From positions 422,370 through 486,369 of the forward strand of contig NZ_ATVD01000003.1 of assembly GCF_000420545.1 (NCBI RefSeq): DNA of 64,000 nt. The letters are read 5' to 3'. The notes under the pieces were generated by a model that worked only from the letters and a program-made list of their open reading frames with translations, did no database searches and had not been told where the DNA came from. This document shows positions 21,230 through 29,104 of the stretch, one piece after another (position 1 is the stretch's first letter; each line of letters begins with the position of its first letter). This stretch comes from Arenimonas oryziterrae DSM 21050 = YC6267 (GTDB lineage: Bacteria > Pseudomonadota > Gammaproteobacteria > Xanthomonadales > Xanthomonadaceae). Both the position numbers and the translations under genes were made by a program.

Positions 21230-21669
21230 GCGTGCTGTGGTTCGACGGCCTGCTCACCCAGGTCCATGACGCCGGCGTGTATTTCCTGCCCGACGACGAC
21301 ATCGACGAATTGCACGAGGCGGCGGCGGTAAATCGCTTTCCTTGTCTGCGGGTGGACTTGGCGGGAGTACGCGACAAACCAGGGCTGCTTACCAAGCTCT
21401 CTTCGGTACTTGAGCTTCCGCAATACTTTGGCAACAACTGGGATGCGCTCGCCGACGTGCTCGGCGACCTGCGCATGGCCGACACCAAGGGCCTGGTCCT
21501 GCTCATCGAACACAGCGACGACCTGCGCGAGCATGCGCGCGCCGACTTCAAGGCCGCGATGGAAGTGCTGCAGGCCGCGAGCCAGGAATGGGCGCAGCGC
21601 GGTGCACCGTTCTGGGCCTTCATCGCGCTGAGCGAGCCGGAGTTCGACGCGCTGGATGCCGGGCCGTGA
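21226..21669 (+). CDS. barstar-family ribonuclease inhibitor
   Basis: MSVLWFDG...FPCLRVDLAGV...ELPQYFGNNWDALADVLGDL is barstar-like. Its ATG overlaps the RNase TGA (ATGA), the classic toxin-immunity coupling. Confidence 0.7.
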   Translation: MSVLWFDGLLTQVHDAGVYFLPDDDIDELHEAAAVNRFPCLRVDLAGVRDKPGLLTKLSSVLELPQYFGNNWDALADVLGDLRMADTKGLVLLIEHSDDLREHARADFKAAMEVLQAASQEWAQRGAPFWAFIALSEPEFDALDAGP

Positions 21670-21778
21670 TCTGAGCGTTCACAACGCCCGTCACAGTTCC
21701 GCCCCCAACTTCTGTCCTATTTGCCGCTGAAACACCCGTGACACAATCGGGCGCTTCACCGACCCGGGACTGTCCCTG

Positions 21779-23668
21779 ATGTCTATGCTCCGTCGCACGC
21801 CGCTTGCCGCCATCATCGCTCTCGCGTTCGCCTCTGCCGCGCACGCCGAAAAGCCCGCCCCGCTCGACACGCCCTATCCGGGCACGATCAAGCTTGCGGT
21901 GGATGCGACCGACCTGCACCGCCGCATCATCCGCGTGCACGAAGAAATTCCGGTCAGCGCCGGCGCGCTGAGCCTGCACTATCCCGAATGGCTGCCGGGC
22001 AATCATTCGCCGTCGGGCCCCATCGACAAGATCGCCGGTGTGATCGTCACCGCGAACGGCAAGCAGATCGGTTGGAAGCGCGATCCCCTCGATGTCTACA
22101 CGATCAACCTGACCGTACCCGAGGGCGTGAGCAGCCTGAATGTCGACTTCCAGTTCCTGTCGCCGCTCGACCGCAGCCAGGGCCGCGTGGTCATGACGCC
22201 GGAGATCGTCGGCCTGCAGTGGAACGCGGTCGTGCTGTATCCGTCGGGCCACTACGCCACGCGCATCGAGGTCGCGCCGAGCGTGACCTTGCCGACCGGC
22301 TGGAAATTCGGCAGCGCCCTGGAAATCGCCTCGCAGTCCGGCGCGACCACGCAGTTCAAGAACACCTCGCTCGAAACCCTGGTCGACTCGCCGCTGTTCG
22401 CCGGCAAGTATTTCCAGCGCTGGGATCTGGATCCGGGCGGCAAGGTGCCCGTGCATCTGAACGTCGTCGCCGACACCGCGCAGGCACTGGAGCCGGCGGC
22501 CGGCGTCATCGAGAAACACCGCGCGCTGGTGCAGCAGGCCTACAAACTCTACGGCGCGCAGCATTACGCGCATTACGACTTCCTGCTCGCGCTGACCGGC
22601 CGCTTCAGCGGCATCGGCCTGGAGCATCACCAGTCGTCGGAAAACAGCGGCGACATCGAATACCTCAGCGATGCCAAGCGCTACCGCGGCAAGGATCTGC
22701 TGCCGCACGAATACACGCATTCGTGGAACGGCAAGTTCCGCCGCGGCGCCGACCTGGCCACGCCGCATTTCAACGTGCCCATGCAGGACAGCCTGCTGTG
22801 GGTGTACGAAGGCCAGACGCAGTACTGGGGCTACGTGCTCGCTGCGCGCTCGGGCCTGCTGTCGGCCGAGCAGACGCGCGACTACCTCGCGCTGACCGCC
22901 GCCTCGTACGATCATCGCGAAGGTCGCGCCTGGCGCGATCTCGAAGACACCACCATGCAGCCGATCATGAGCCAGCGTGCGCCGCAGCCGTGGACGAGCT
23001 GGCAGCGGGGCGAGGACTATTACTCCGAAGGCCAGCTGGTCTGGCTCGATGCCGACACGCTGATCCGCGAGCTCAGCGGCGGCAAGAAGTCGCTCGACGA
23101 TTTCGCGCGCGCGTTCTTCGGCGTCGAAAACGGCCGCGTCGCGCCGCTGACCTACACCTTCGACACCGTCGTGGCCACGCTCAATGGCGTGCAGCCCTAC
23201 GACTGGGCGACCTTCCTGCGCGAGCGCCTCGACGGTCACGGCCCGGGCGCGCCGCTCAACGGTCTTGCGCGCGGCGGCTGGAGGCTCGTCTACACCGACA
23301 AGCCCAACAGCGTCACCGAGGGCGGCGATCGCGGCTCATCCGACTACACCTATTCGCTGGGCCTGAGCGTGTCCAACAAGGACATGAAGATCGGCAGCGT
23401 GTTGTGGGACAGCCCGGCATTCAAAGCCGGCCTGGCGTCGTCGATGACACTGGTCGCGGTCAATGGCATGGCGGCCAATGGCGAGGCGCTGACGCAGGCG
23501 ATCAAGGACAACCAGGCCAAGGGCACGCCGATCACCTTGCTGGTGAACAACCTCGACCATATCGAGACAATCGTCATCGACTATCGCGGCGGTCTGAAGT
23601 ATCCGCACCTCGAACGCGTCGCCGGCACGCCTGATCGCCTCAACGCGATCTACGCGCCGAAGAAGTAG
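21779..23668 (+). CDS. M61 family glycyl aminopeptidase with C-terminal PDZ domain (secreted)
   Basis: Signal peptide and HEYTHSWNG (HExxH) zinc motif. 629 aa. Confidence 0.8.
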   Translation: MSMLRRTPLAAIIALAFASAAHAEKPAPLDTPYPGTIKLAVDATDLHRRIIRVHEEIPVSAGALSLHYPEWLPGNHSPSGPIDKIAGVIVTANGKQIGWKRDPLDVYTINLTVPEGVSSLNVDFQFLSPLDRSQGRVVMTPEIVGLQWNAVVLYPSGHYATRIEVAPSVTLPTGWKFGSALEIASQSGATTQFKNTSLETLVDSPLFAGKYFQRWDLDPGGKVPVHLNVVADTAQALEPAAGVIEKHRALVQQAYKLYGAQHYAHYDFLLALTGRFSGIGLEHHQSSENSGDIEYLSDAKRYRGKDLLPHEYTHSWNGKFRRGADLATPHFNVPMQDSLLWVYEGQTQYWGYVLAARSGLLSAEQTRDYLALTAASYDHREGRAWRDLEDTTMQPIMSQRAPQPWTSWQRGEDYYSEGQLVWLDADTLIRELSGGKKSLDDFARAFFGVENGRVAPLTYTFDTVVATLNGVQPYDWATFLRERLDGHGPGAPLNGLARGGWRLVYTDKPNSVTEGGDRGSSDYTYSLGLSVSNKDMKIGSVLWDSPAFKAGLASSMTLVAVNGMAANGEALTQAIKDNQAKGTPITLLVNNLDHIETIVIDYRGGLKYPHLERVAGTPDRLNAIYAPKK

Positions 23669-23725
23669 GCCCGCATCGGAAACGCTCGCCTGTGGGAGAA
23701 TGGCCAAAACATCCAGGCCTCTCCC

Positions 23726-24436
23726 ATGACCGCTCCCGCCTATCTCAGCGACGCCCAGATCGACCGCCTCGGTGACCTGCTCGACCAGCGCGCCGTGCCG
23801 TTCCAGGGCTTCAATCTCGAAGCCCTCGACGGTTATCTGTCCGCGCTCGCCGTGAGTCCGGGTCAGGATATTCCGGCCAGCGAATGGCAGCCCGCCGTCT
23901 GGGGCCCGAAGCCGCCGCGCTGGGAATCGCCGGCCGAAGCGACCGAAATCGAGACCTTGCTGCTCGGTCACTGGAATGCCTGCGTCGCGCGTGCGCGCCA
24001 GGGCGAAGACCTGCCCGAACACCTGTCGCCGTTGCTGTGGCTGCCCGAAGATCCCGAGGGCGACCAGCCCGATGATCTCGATATCGGCCGCGACTGGGCC
24101 TTCGGTTTCTTCCGCGGCGTCGAACTGCGCGGCGATGCCTGGGACGCGTGGCTGGACAAGGCCGATTGGATCGACGAGATCTTCGCCCTGCTCGAACAGC
24201 TCGCGACCGGCGAAGTCGTACCGGAAAATGCCGCCGACCCGGTCGGCAAAGTCAGCTACCGCGAGCGCCTGGAAATCGTCGCCAGCCTTCCGGGCATGCT
24301 CGCGGACCTGCACGAGTTCCGCATCGCCGAACTCACGCCGCGCGAACCGGTCCGCAAGTCCGACACGCCCGACCGCAACGCGCTGTGCCCCTGCGGCAGC
24401 GGCAAAAAATACAAGAAATGCCACGGCCAGAATTGA
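23726..24436 (+). CDS. UPF0149/YecA family protein with C-terminal SEC-C motif
   Basis: C-terminal CPCGSGKKYKKCHG (SEC-C metal-binding motif) on a DUF-type N-terminal domain. Confidence 0.7.
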   Translation: MTAPAYLSDAQIDRLGDLLDQRAVPFQGFNLEALDGYLSALAVSPGQDIPASEWQPAVWGPKPPRWESPAEATEIETLLLGHWNACVARARQGEDLPEHLSPLLWLPEDPEGDQPDDLDIGRDWAFGFFRGVELRGDAWDAWLDKADWIDEIFALLEQLATGEVVPENAADPVGKVSYRERLEIVASLPGMLADLHEFRIAELTPREPVRKSDTPDRNALCPCGSGKKYKKCHGQN

Positions 24437-24459
24437 TCGTGTTTTTGCGGGGCGTGGCG

Positions 24460-25542
24460 ATGTCTGGATTGTTGCTGCTTGCTTCTTGCGCAGCCACACC
24501 GGAGCCCACGCCCGCCGGTGATGGCTGGCAAACGGAATCGGCAACCGCCGCCGGTTTCGATGCGCCGCGCCTTGACGCCCTGGTCGCCGCGACCCTCAAC
24601 GACACGACCCATCTGCACGCGATCCTCATCGTGCGCCACGGCAAGCTCGTCGTCGAACGCTACCGCGACGGCAACGACCGCACGGTCTACAGCCCGTTTC
24701 CGCATCGGGCGCACTTCGGCCCGACGGTCCGTCACGACACGCGCTCGGTCGGCAAATCGGTGATCGGCTTGCTGGTCGGCATCGCGCAGGCGCGCGGTGC
24801 GATCGGCGCGCTGGACACGCCGGTGCTCGACTATTACCCCGAGTACGCCGATCTCGCGACGCCCGATCGTCGTCGCATCACGCTCGCGCACCTGCTGACG
24901 ATGAGCAACGGCCTGCAGTGGCGCGAAGGCGAGCCGGGGCACGACGACGAGCACTATCTCTACTGGAAATCGCCGCGCACGCGCTACGCGCTCGATCGAC
25001 CGATTGCGCAGGCGCCCGGCGAGCAGTGGAACTACAACAGCGGCGGCACGACGGTGCTTGCGGACATCGTCGCGCGCACGACGAAAATGCCGTACCCGCA
25101 GTTCGCCGATGAGGCGCTGTTCGCGCCGCTCGGCATCCGCGACTGGGAATGGACGAACGATCTGCACGGCGAGCCGATGCCGTTTGCGGGTCTGCGGTTG
25201 CGTCCGCGCGACATGGCCAAGCTCGGGCAGTTGCTGCTCAATCGCGGGCAGTGGCGGGGCCGGCAGGTGGTGCCTGCCGACTGGATCGACGCGACCGTGC
25301 AGCCGCACATCCACACGCGCGTCGCGGATTTCGACTACAGCTATCAGTGGTGGCTGGGCACGGCCGAGTGGCAGGGCCGCCATGTCCGGTGGATCTCGGC
25401 GTTTGGCAACGGCGGCCAGCGCATTTTCGTGGTGCCCGAGCTCGACCTGGTGGTCGTGGTCACCGCCGGCGCTTACGACGATCCGCAGGCCGGCCCGCGC
25501 GTGAACGCACTGCTCAAGGCGATCGTCGGCACCGCCCACTGA
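24460..25542 (+). CDS. beta-lactamase-fold serine hydrolase lipoprotein (class C / esterase-like)
   Basis: Lipobox LLLASC; SxxK motif (SVGKS); YxN-like region. The long upstream track extension (from 24148, overlapping yecA in another frame) was rejected. Start arithmetic from the track gives ATG 24460. Confidence 0.75.
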   Translation: MSGLLLLASCAATPEPTPAGDGWQTESATAAGFDAPRLDALVAATLNDTTHLHAILIVRHGKLVVERYRDGNDRTVYSPFPHRAHFGPTVRHDTRSVGKSVIGLLVGIAQARGAIGALDTPVLDYYPEYADLATPDRRRITLAHLLTMSNGLQWREGEPGHDDEHYLYWKSPRTRYALDRPIAQAPGEQWNYNSGGTTVLADIVARTTKMPYPQFADEALFAPLGIRDWEWTNDLHGEPMPFAGLRLRPRDMAKLGQLLLNRGQWRGRQVVPADWIDATVQPHIHTRVADFDYSYQWWLGTAEWQGRHVRWISAFGNGGQRIFVVPELDLVVVVTAGAYDDPQAGPRVNALLKAIVGTAH

Positions 25543-25548
25543 CGCGCG

Positions 25549-25575
25549 CCTCGTGGGAGCGGGCCTGACCGCGAT
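25549..25575 (+). repeat. short dispersed repeat, family D (gtgggagcgggcctgaccgcgat)
   Basis: Recurs at ~26222-26250 and, diverged, at ~26818-26850. It resembles the Xanthomonad/pseudomonad 'gtaggagcgggc..gcccgcga' REP core. Confidence 0.55.
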
Positions 25576-25659
25576 GTCCTTTGCATCCCACCCTCACCCG
25601 TTCCCGCGTACCCTGAGCTGCGCAGAACCTCCCGGCGCGCCCACCCACCGAGGCCCGTC

Positions 25660-25881
25660 ATGTCCGCCACCGCCCCCCGCATCACCACCGACGCCATCGA
25701 ACTGCGCGACTGGATCGCCGCCCAGGTCATCGCCGCGCTGATCATCGCGCCAAAACAGCCCGGCATCTCGCGCCAGGACATGGACGGCATGTCCCGCTCG
25801 GCCTACGACTACGCCGCCGCGATGATCCGCGCCCGCGACGACGCCGAAACCGTCACCGTCGATCCTTTCGCTTCGCGCTGA
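25660..25881 (+). CDS. hypothetical small protein (73 aa)
   Basis: ATG ORF with reasonable composition between repeat D and the tandem repeat array. No SD or homology support, so it could be spurious. Confidence 0.3.
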   Translation: MSATAPRITTDAIELRDWIAAQVIAALIIAPKQPGISRQDMDGMSRSAYDYAAAMIRARDDAETVTVDPFASR

Positions 25882-26130
25882 AAGTCTCCCTCTCCCTCCG
25901 AGAGAGGGCCGGGGTGAGGGTCGCGCCATCTCGCCGGCATCCCACTTTCGCCACGTGCTGATAGCGCGCTGCAGTTCTCCCTCTCCCTCCGGGAGAAGGC
26001 CGGGGTGAGGGTCGCGCCATCTCGACGGCATCCCACTTTCGCCACGTACTGATAGCGCGCTGCAGTTCTCCCTCTCCCTCCGGGAGAGGGCCGGGGTGAG
26101 GGTCGCGCCATCTCGCCGGCATCCCCCTCA
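25877..26130. repeat. tandem array: ~90-bp unit ×3 (REP-A palindrome ctccctctccctccgggagagggccggggtgagggtcgcgcc + 45-bp tail)
   Basis: Three head-to-tail copies with 2-3 substitutions between them. Each unit starts with the palindromic 'PSPxGRG' REP seen also at 51655-51780 and 63296-63425. Confidence 0.85.
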
Positions 26131-26366
26131 CGCCCGCGCCCCGAGTCGCCGCATGTGACCGGCTTGGTCGGGTCGCGGACGCGAGGAGGCTGCCTCGGCT
26201 GAGGCGTGCTTGTCCGAATTAGTGGGAGCGGGCCTGACCGCGATTCTTTCCATTCGCCAAGTTGCTGCGATGGCACCGGCATCCCCCTCACGCCCGCGCC
26301 CCGAGTCGCCGCATGTGACCGGCTTGGTCGGGTCGCGGACGCGAGGAGGCTGCCTCGGCTGAGGCG
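26128..26366 (+). repeat. composite repeat block: family C copy, family D copy, family C copy
   Basis: ccctcacgcccgcgccccgagtcgccgcatgtgaccggcttggtcgggtcgcggacgcgaggaggctgcctcggctgagg occurs twice (26128-26208 and 26283-26366), flanking a family-D unit. Confidence 0.8.
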
Positions 26367-26427
26367 AAATTTTTCGCTTTGCGCAGATCCTGCTCTGTCT
26401 CAATCGCAGAGACGAGGTTGTATTGTC

Positions 26428-26808
26428 ATGAGACTCCACGACATCCCGGAGCCCGCCATGTCTGTCCCACAACGCAGTCAGGCCGATCTGCTCGAAGACA
26501 TCGCTTGGGTCATGAGTTGTTTCATCCAGGACTACGGCGGCGAGGCGAAAACGGAGATCGGGTCGATCCTGAACCGCCTGCGCGACGGGCAGCCGTCCTA
26601 TGCGCTGGCCGAGCGCTGGAGCGCGGTGCTCAACCAATGCCTGCGCTGGCACGGCGAAGACCGCCACTACGACCACAGCCGCACGTATCTCGGGCGGGCG
26701 CTGTACGAGCTCTACCAATCCGTCCTTCAGCAATCCGAGCAACCGCTGCGCTTGCTGCGCCCGGCTGCCGACGGACGCCTCGCCTACGTTCCCGATACCG
26801 GCCCGTAG
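26428..26808 (+). CDS. hypothetical protein (126 aa)
   Basis: Internal ATG (MRLHDIPEPAMSV...) lies 8 nt downstream of a GAGG SD-like sequence. Trp/His-containing globular composition, no recognised family. The track extension from 26206 reads through repeats and was rejected. Confidence 0.4.
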   Translation: MRLHDIPEPAMSVPQRSQADLLEDIAWVMSCFIQDYGGEAKTEIGSILNRLRDGQPSYALAERWSAVLNQCLRWHGEDRHYDHSRTYLGRALYELYQSVLQQSEQPLRLLRPAADGRLAYVPDTGP

Positions 26809-26814
26809 TTTCCC

Positions 26815-26952
26815 TGGTAGGAGCGGGCACGACCGCGATTCTCCGCCTTCGCCGAATCGCTGCACGCTCACCGGCCTCCCCCTCACGCCCGCGCCCCGAG
26901 TCGCCGCATGTGACCGGCTTGGTCGGGTCGCGGACGCGAGGGGGAGGCCTCT
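26815..26952 (+). repeat. family D-like then family C repeat copies
   Basis: gtaggagcgggcacgaccgcgattc ... cccctcacgcccgcgccccgagtcgccgcatgtgaccggcttggtcgggtcgcggacgcgaggggg. Confidence 0.7.
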
Positions 26953-26966
26953 GCTGAAGCGAATTT

Positions 26967-27812
26967 TCAGGGCTTCAATGCACGCACATAGATTGCTTTT
27001 GCCGGAGTATCGGCGGAGCCGCGCTCCTGCAACTCGAACAAAGCGGGGTGCGCCTTCAGCAAGTCCCGAAGTTTCTTGTGCCCGTAGAGCCGCGCGTCGA
27101 AATCCGGGCGGATCTTGTTCAAATAGCTGCCGACGGTACCGAGAAACGCCCAACCCTGATCGTCCGAGCCTTCTTCGATCGCTTGCCGGATGAGGCCGGC
27201 AGGCAAAGGATGTTTGCCAACGGCGATCGGATTCGCGATTGGCGTTTCGATCTTGTCAGGTGCTTTCGGTTTGCCCGCCACCGCCTTTTTCGCGGGAGCG
27301 GGGTTGGGCGTGGGCTTGGCGACTGGAGCAGGCACTGCGGCGACTTCACTGCGCAACACCTCCGTATAGACAAACTTGTCGCAGGCTTGCACAAATGCAT
27401 CCGGCGTCTTCTGTTCACCAAAGCCATAGACGAGCAGGCCTGCCTCACGCAGACGCTGCGCCAGGCGCGTGAAATCGCTGTCGCTGGAAACCAGGCAGAA
27501 GCCGTCGAAACTCCGCGTGTACATCAGATCCATCGCATCGATGATCAGCGAACTGTCGGTCGCGTTCTTGCCGCTGGTGTAGGCGAATTGCTGCACGGGT
27601 TGAATCGAGTGCTTGAGCAGGGCCTTCTTCCACTGCGTCTGGTGAGTTGAGGTGAAATCGCCATAGATGCGCTTGACACTGGCGACGCCGAACTTGGCGA
27701 TCTCCGCCAGCAGGCCTTCAATGACGCTGGGCTGGGCGTTGTCGGCATCGATGAGCACGGCGAGACGGCGATGATCCTGATCGGACGCCGAAGCGGCAGG
27801 GCGTGTCTTCAT
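26967..27812 (-). CDS. NYN (LabA-like) domain protein with C-terminal OST-HTH/LOTUS domain
   Basis: N-terminal PIN-like fold with conserved acidic residues (LIDADN...DxxxD...SSDSDF). The C-terminal PLPAGLIRQAIEEGSDDQGWAFLGTVGSYLNK...RLYGHKKLRDLL is typical OST-HTH. ATG at 27812 (MKTRPAAS); the upstream track extension overlaps the divergent gene. Confidence 0.75.
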   Translation of the reverse strand: MKTRPAASASDQDHRRLAVLIDADNAQPSVIEGLLAEIAKFGVASVKRIYGDFTSTHQTQWKKALLKHSIQPVQQFAYTSGKNATDSSLIIDAMDLMYTRSFDGFCLVSSDSDFTRLAQRLREAGLLVYGFGEQKTPDAFVQACDKFVYTEVLRSEVAAVPAPVAKPTPNPAPAKKAVAGKPKAPDKIETPIANPIAVGKHPLPAGLIRQAIEEGSDDQGWAFLGTVGSYLNKIRPDFDARLYGHKKLRDLLKAHPALFELQERGSADTPAKAIYVRALKP

Positions 27813-27893
27813 GAGCAAGGCTCCCGGGGGTTTGCCAGTCACGCTATCAGAACCCGGCGCCACGGGTACCAAGAGCTCGGGTATCGTTGCCCC

Positions 27894-29021
27894 ATGTCCG
27901 AACCCTTCAAGAACCTCATCAATCCCGCACGCATCCGCGAAGCCGGTCATCACCTCGCGCGCGTCTGGCCGGCGTTCGATCGCCGCCGTTTTGAAAAACT
28001 CGCGCTCGCGCAGCTCGACACCCTGGAGTTGAAGGCACGCGCGATGCAGATCGCCGATGCGCTCGAGGCGACGCTGCCCGAAGAGTTCTCGCAAGCCGCG
28101 GACATCATCGAAGCCGCGCTCGGTCCGGCGGGCGAGGGCGATGAGCTGGGTTTTGCGACGTCGGACGCGGGGCTGGCCGGCTGGATCTGCTGGTCGTTGG
28201 GTGAATTCGTGGCGCGCCAGGGGCACAAGCATCCGAAGCGTGCGTTCGCCGCATTGCATGCGCTGACGCAGCGCTTCAGCGCGGAATTCGCGATCCGTCC
28301 GCTGCTGTTGCAGCATCCCGAGCTCGGCTACCAGACGCTGGAGCAATGGACGCGCGATCCCAGTGCGCATGTGCGTCGCCTCGCGAGCGAAGGCAGTCGG
28401 CCGCGGCTGCCCTGGGGCTTGCAGCTCAAGCCGCTGATCGCCGATCCGACGCCCAGCCTGCCGCTGCTGCGCGCGCTACAGGACGACGCCAGTGCGTACG
28501 TGCGTCGCAGTGTCGCCAATCATCTCAATGACATCGGCAAGGACCATCCCGAGCACGTGGCCGACTGGCTTGATGCGCATCTGCCCGATGCCGGCAAAGA
28601 ACGCCGTGCGCTGCTGCGCCATGCGAGTCGCAGTCTCATCAAGCAAGGGCATCCGCGCATCCTCGCGGCGTGGGGCCTGGGCGCGCCGTTCAAGGGCGAG
28701 GCTGCGCTGACGATCACGCCCAAGCGCGTGCGCATCGGCGGCGAGGTCGTGCTGACACTCAGCCTCACGTCCCGCGCGCGCAACGCGCAGACACTGGCGA
28801 TCGACTATCTCGTGCACTACATCAAGGCCAATGGCCAGAGCAGTCCGAAAGTATTCAAGGGCTGGCAACTCACGCTCGCGCCCGGCGAAACCCGCGTGCT
28901 CACGAAAAAGCATTCGCTGCGGGTGATCACCACGCGGGTTTACTACCCCGGGGTGCAGCGGGTGGAGGTGCAGGTGAATGGGAAGGTGGTCGCAGAGGCG
29001 GAGTTCGTGCTGCAGCGTTAG
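27894..29021 (+). CDS. AlkD-like DNA alkylation repair protein (HEAT-repeat)
   Basis: ~375 aa all-helical with a repeated helical-hairpin pattern. Family recalled as the 'DNA alkylation repair enzyme' (AlkD/AlkC-like) fold. ATG at 27894 (MSEPFKNLINP). Confidence 0.6.
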   Translation: MSEPFKNLINPARIREAGHHLARVWPAFDRRRFEKLALAQLDTLELKARAMQIADALEATLPEEFSQAADIIEAALGPAGEGDELGFATSDAGLAGWICWSLGEFVARQGHKHPKRAFAALHALTQRFSAEFAIRPLLLQHPELGYQTLEQWTRDPSAHVRRLASEGSRPRLPWGLQLKPLIADPTPSLPLLRALQDDASAYVRRSVANHLNDIGKDHPEHVADWLDAHLPDAGKERRALLRHASRSLIKQGHPRILAAWGLGAPFKGEAALTITPKRVRIGGEVVLTLSLTSRARNAQTLAIDYLVHYIKANGQSSPKVFKGWQLTLAPGETRVLTKKHSLRVITTRVYYPGVQRVEVQVNGKVVAEAEFVLQR

Positions 29022-29054
29022 CGGCGTGCGACACCCGCTTTGAGGCAGCAAAAA

Positions 29055-29097
29055 AACGGCCACCGCGAGGTGGCCGTTCTCGTTCCTGAATCAGCAA
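29055..29097. terminator. bidirectional rho-independent terminator
   Basis: aaaaaaacggccaccgcgaggtggccgttctcgtt is a perfect 9-bp GC stem with an A-run on one side and T-rich on the other, between convergent genes. Confidence 0.7.
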
Positions 29098-29104
29098 AGG
29101 CGGA

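Noticed and set aside
24148-24459. 5' extension of serine-hydrolase ORF (track start 24148)
   Set aside because: The extension overlaps yecA in another frame and is Arg-rich. An internal ATG gives a canonical lipoprotein signal peptide.
25877-26366. Possible CRISPR array (regularly spaced ~45-bp palindromic repeats)
   Set aside because: The intervening 'spacers' are themselves identical between units, so the whole ~90-bp unit is tandemly duplicated. No cas genes or leader are present.
25809-27153. ORFs 25809..26291 (-), 25853..26131 (-), 26128..27153 (-), 26600..27193 (+) encoding ...DPTKPVTCGDSGRGREGDAGEMARPSPRPSPGGRGR...
   Set aside because: They are read-through translations of REP/MITE repeats. 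The same peptide strings appear wherever the repeat occurs (also 12929..13768 and 15657..16058). They are not genes.
26967-28370. 467-aa version of the NYN gene (track start 28370) and 416-aa version of alkD-like gene (track start 27771)
   Set aside because: The two extended ORFs overlap each other on opposite strands across the divergent promoter region. Internal ATGs (27812 minus, 27894 plus) give sensible N-termini and a ~80-bp intergenic region.
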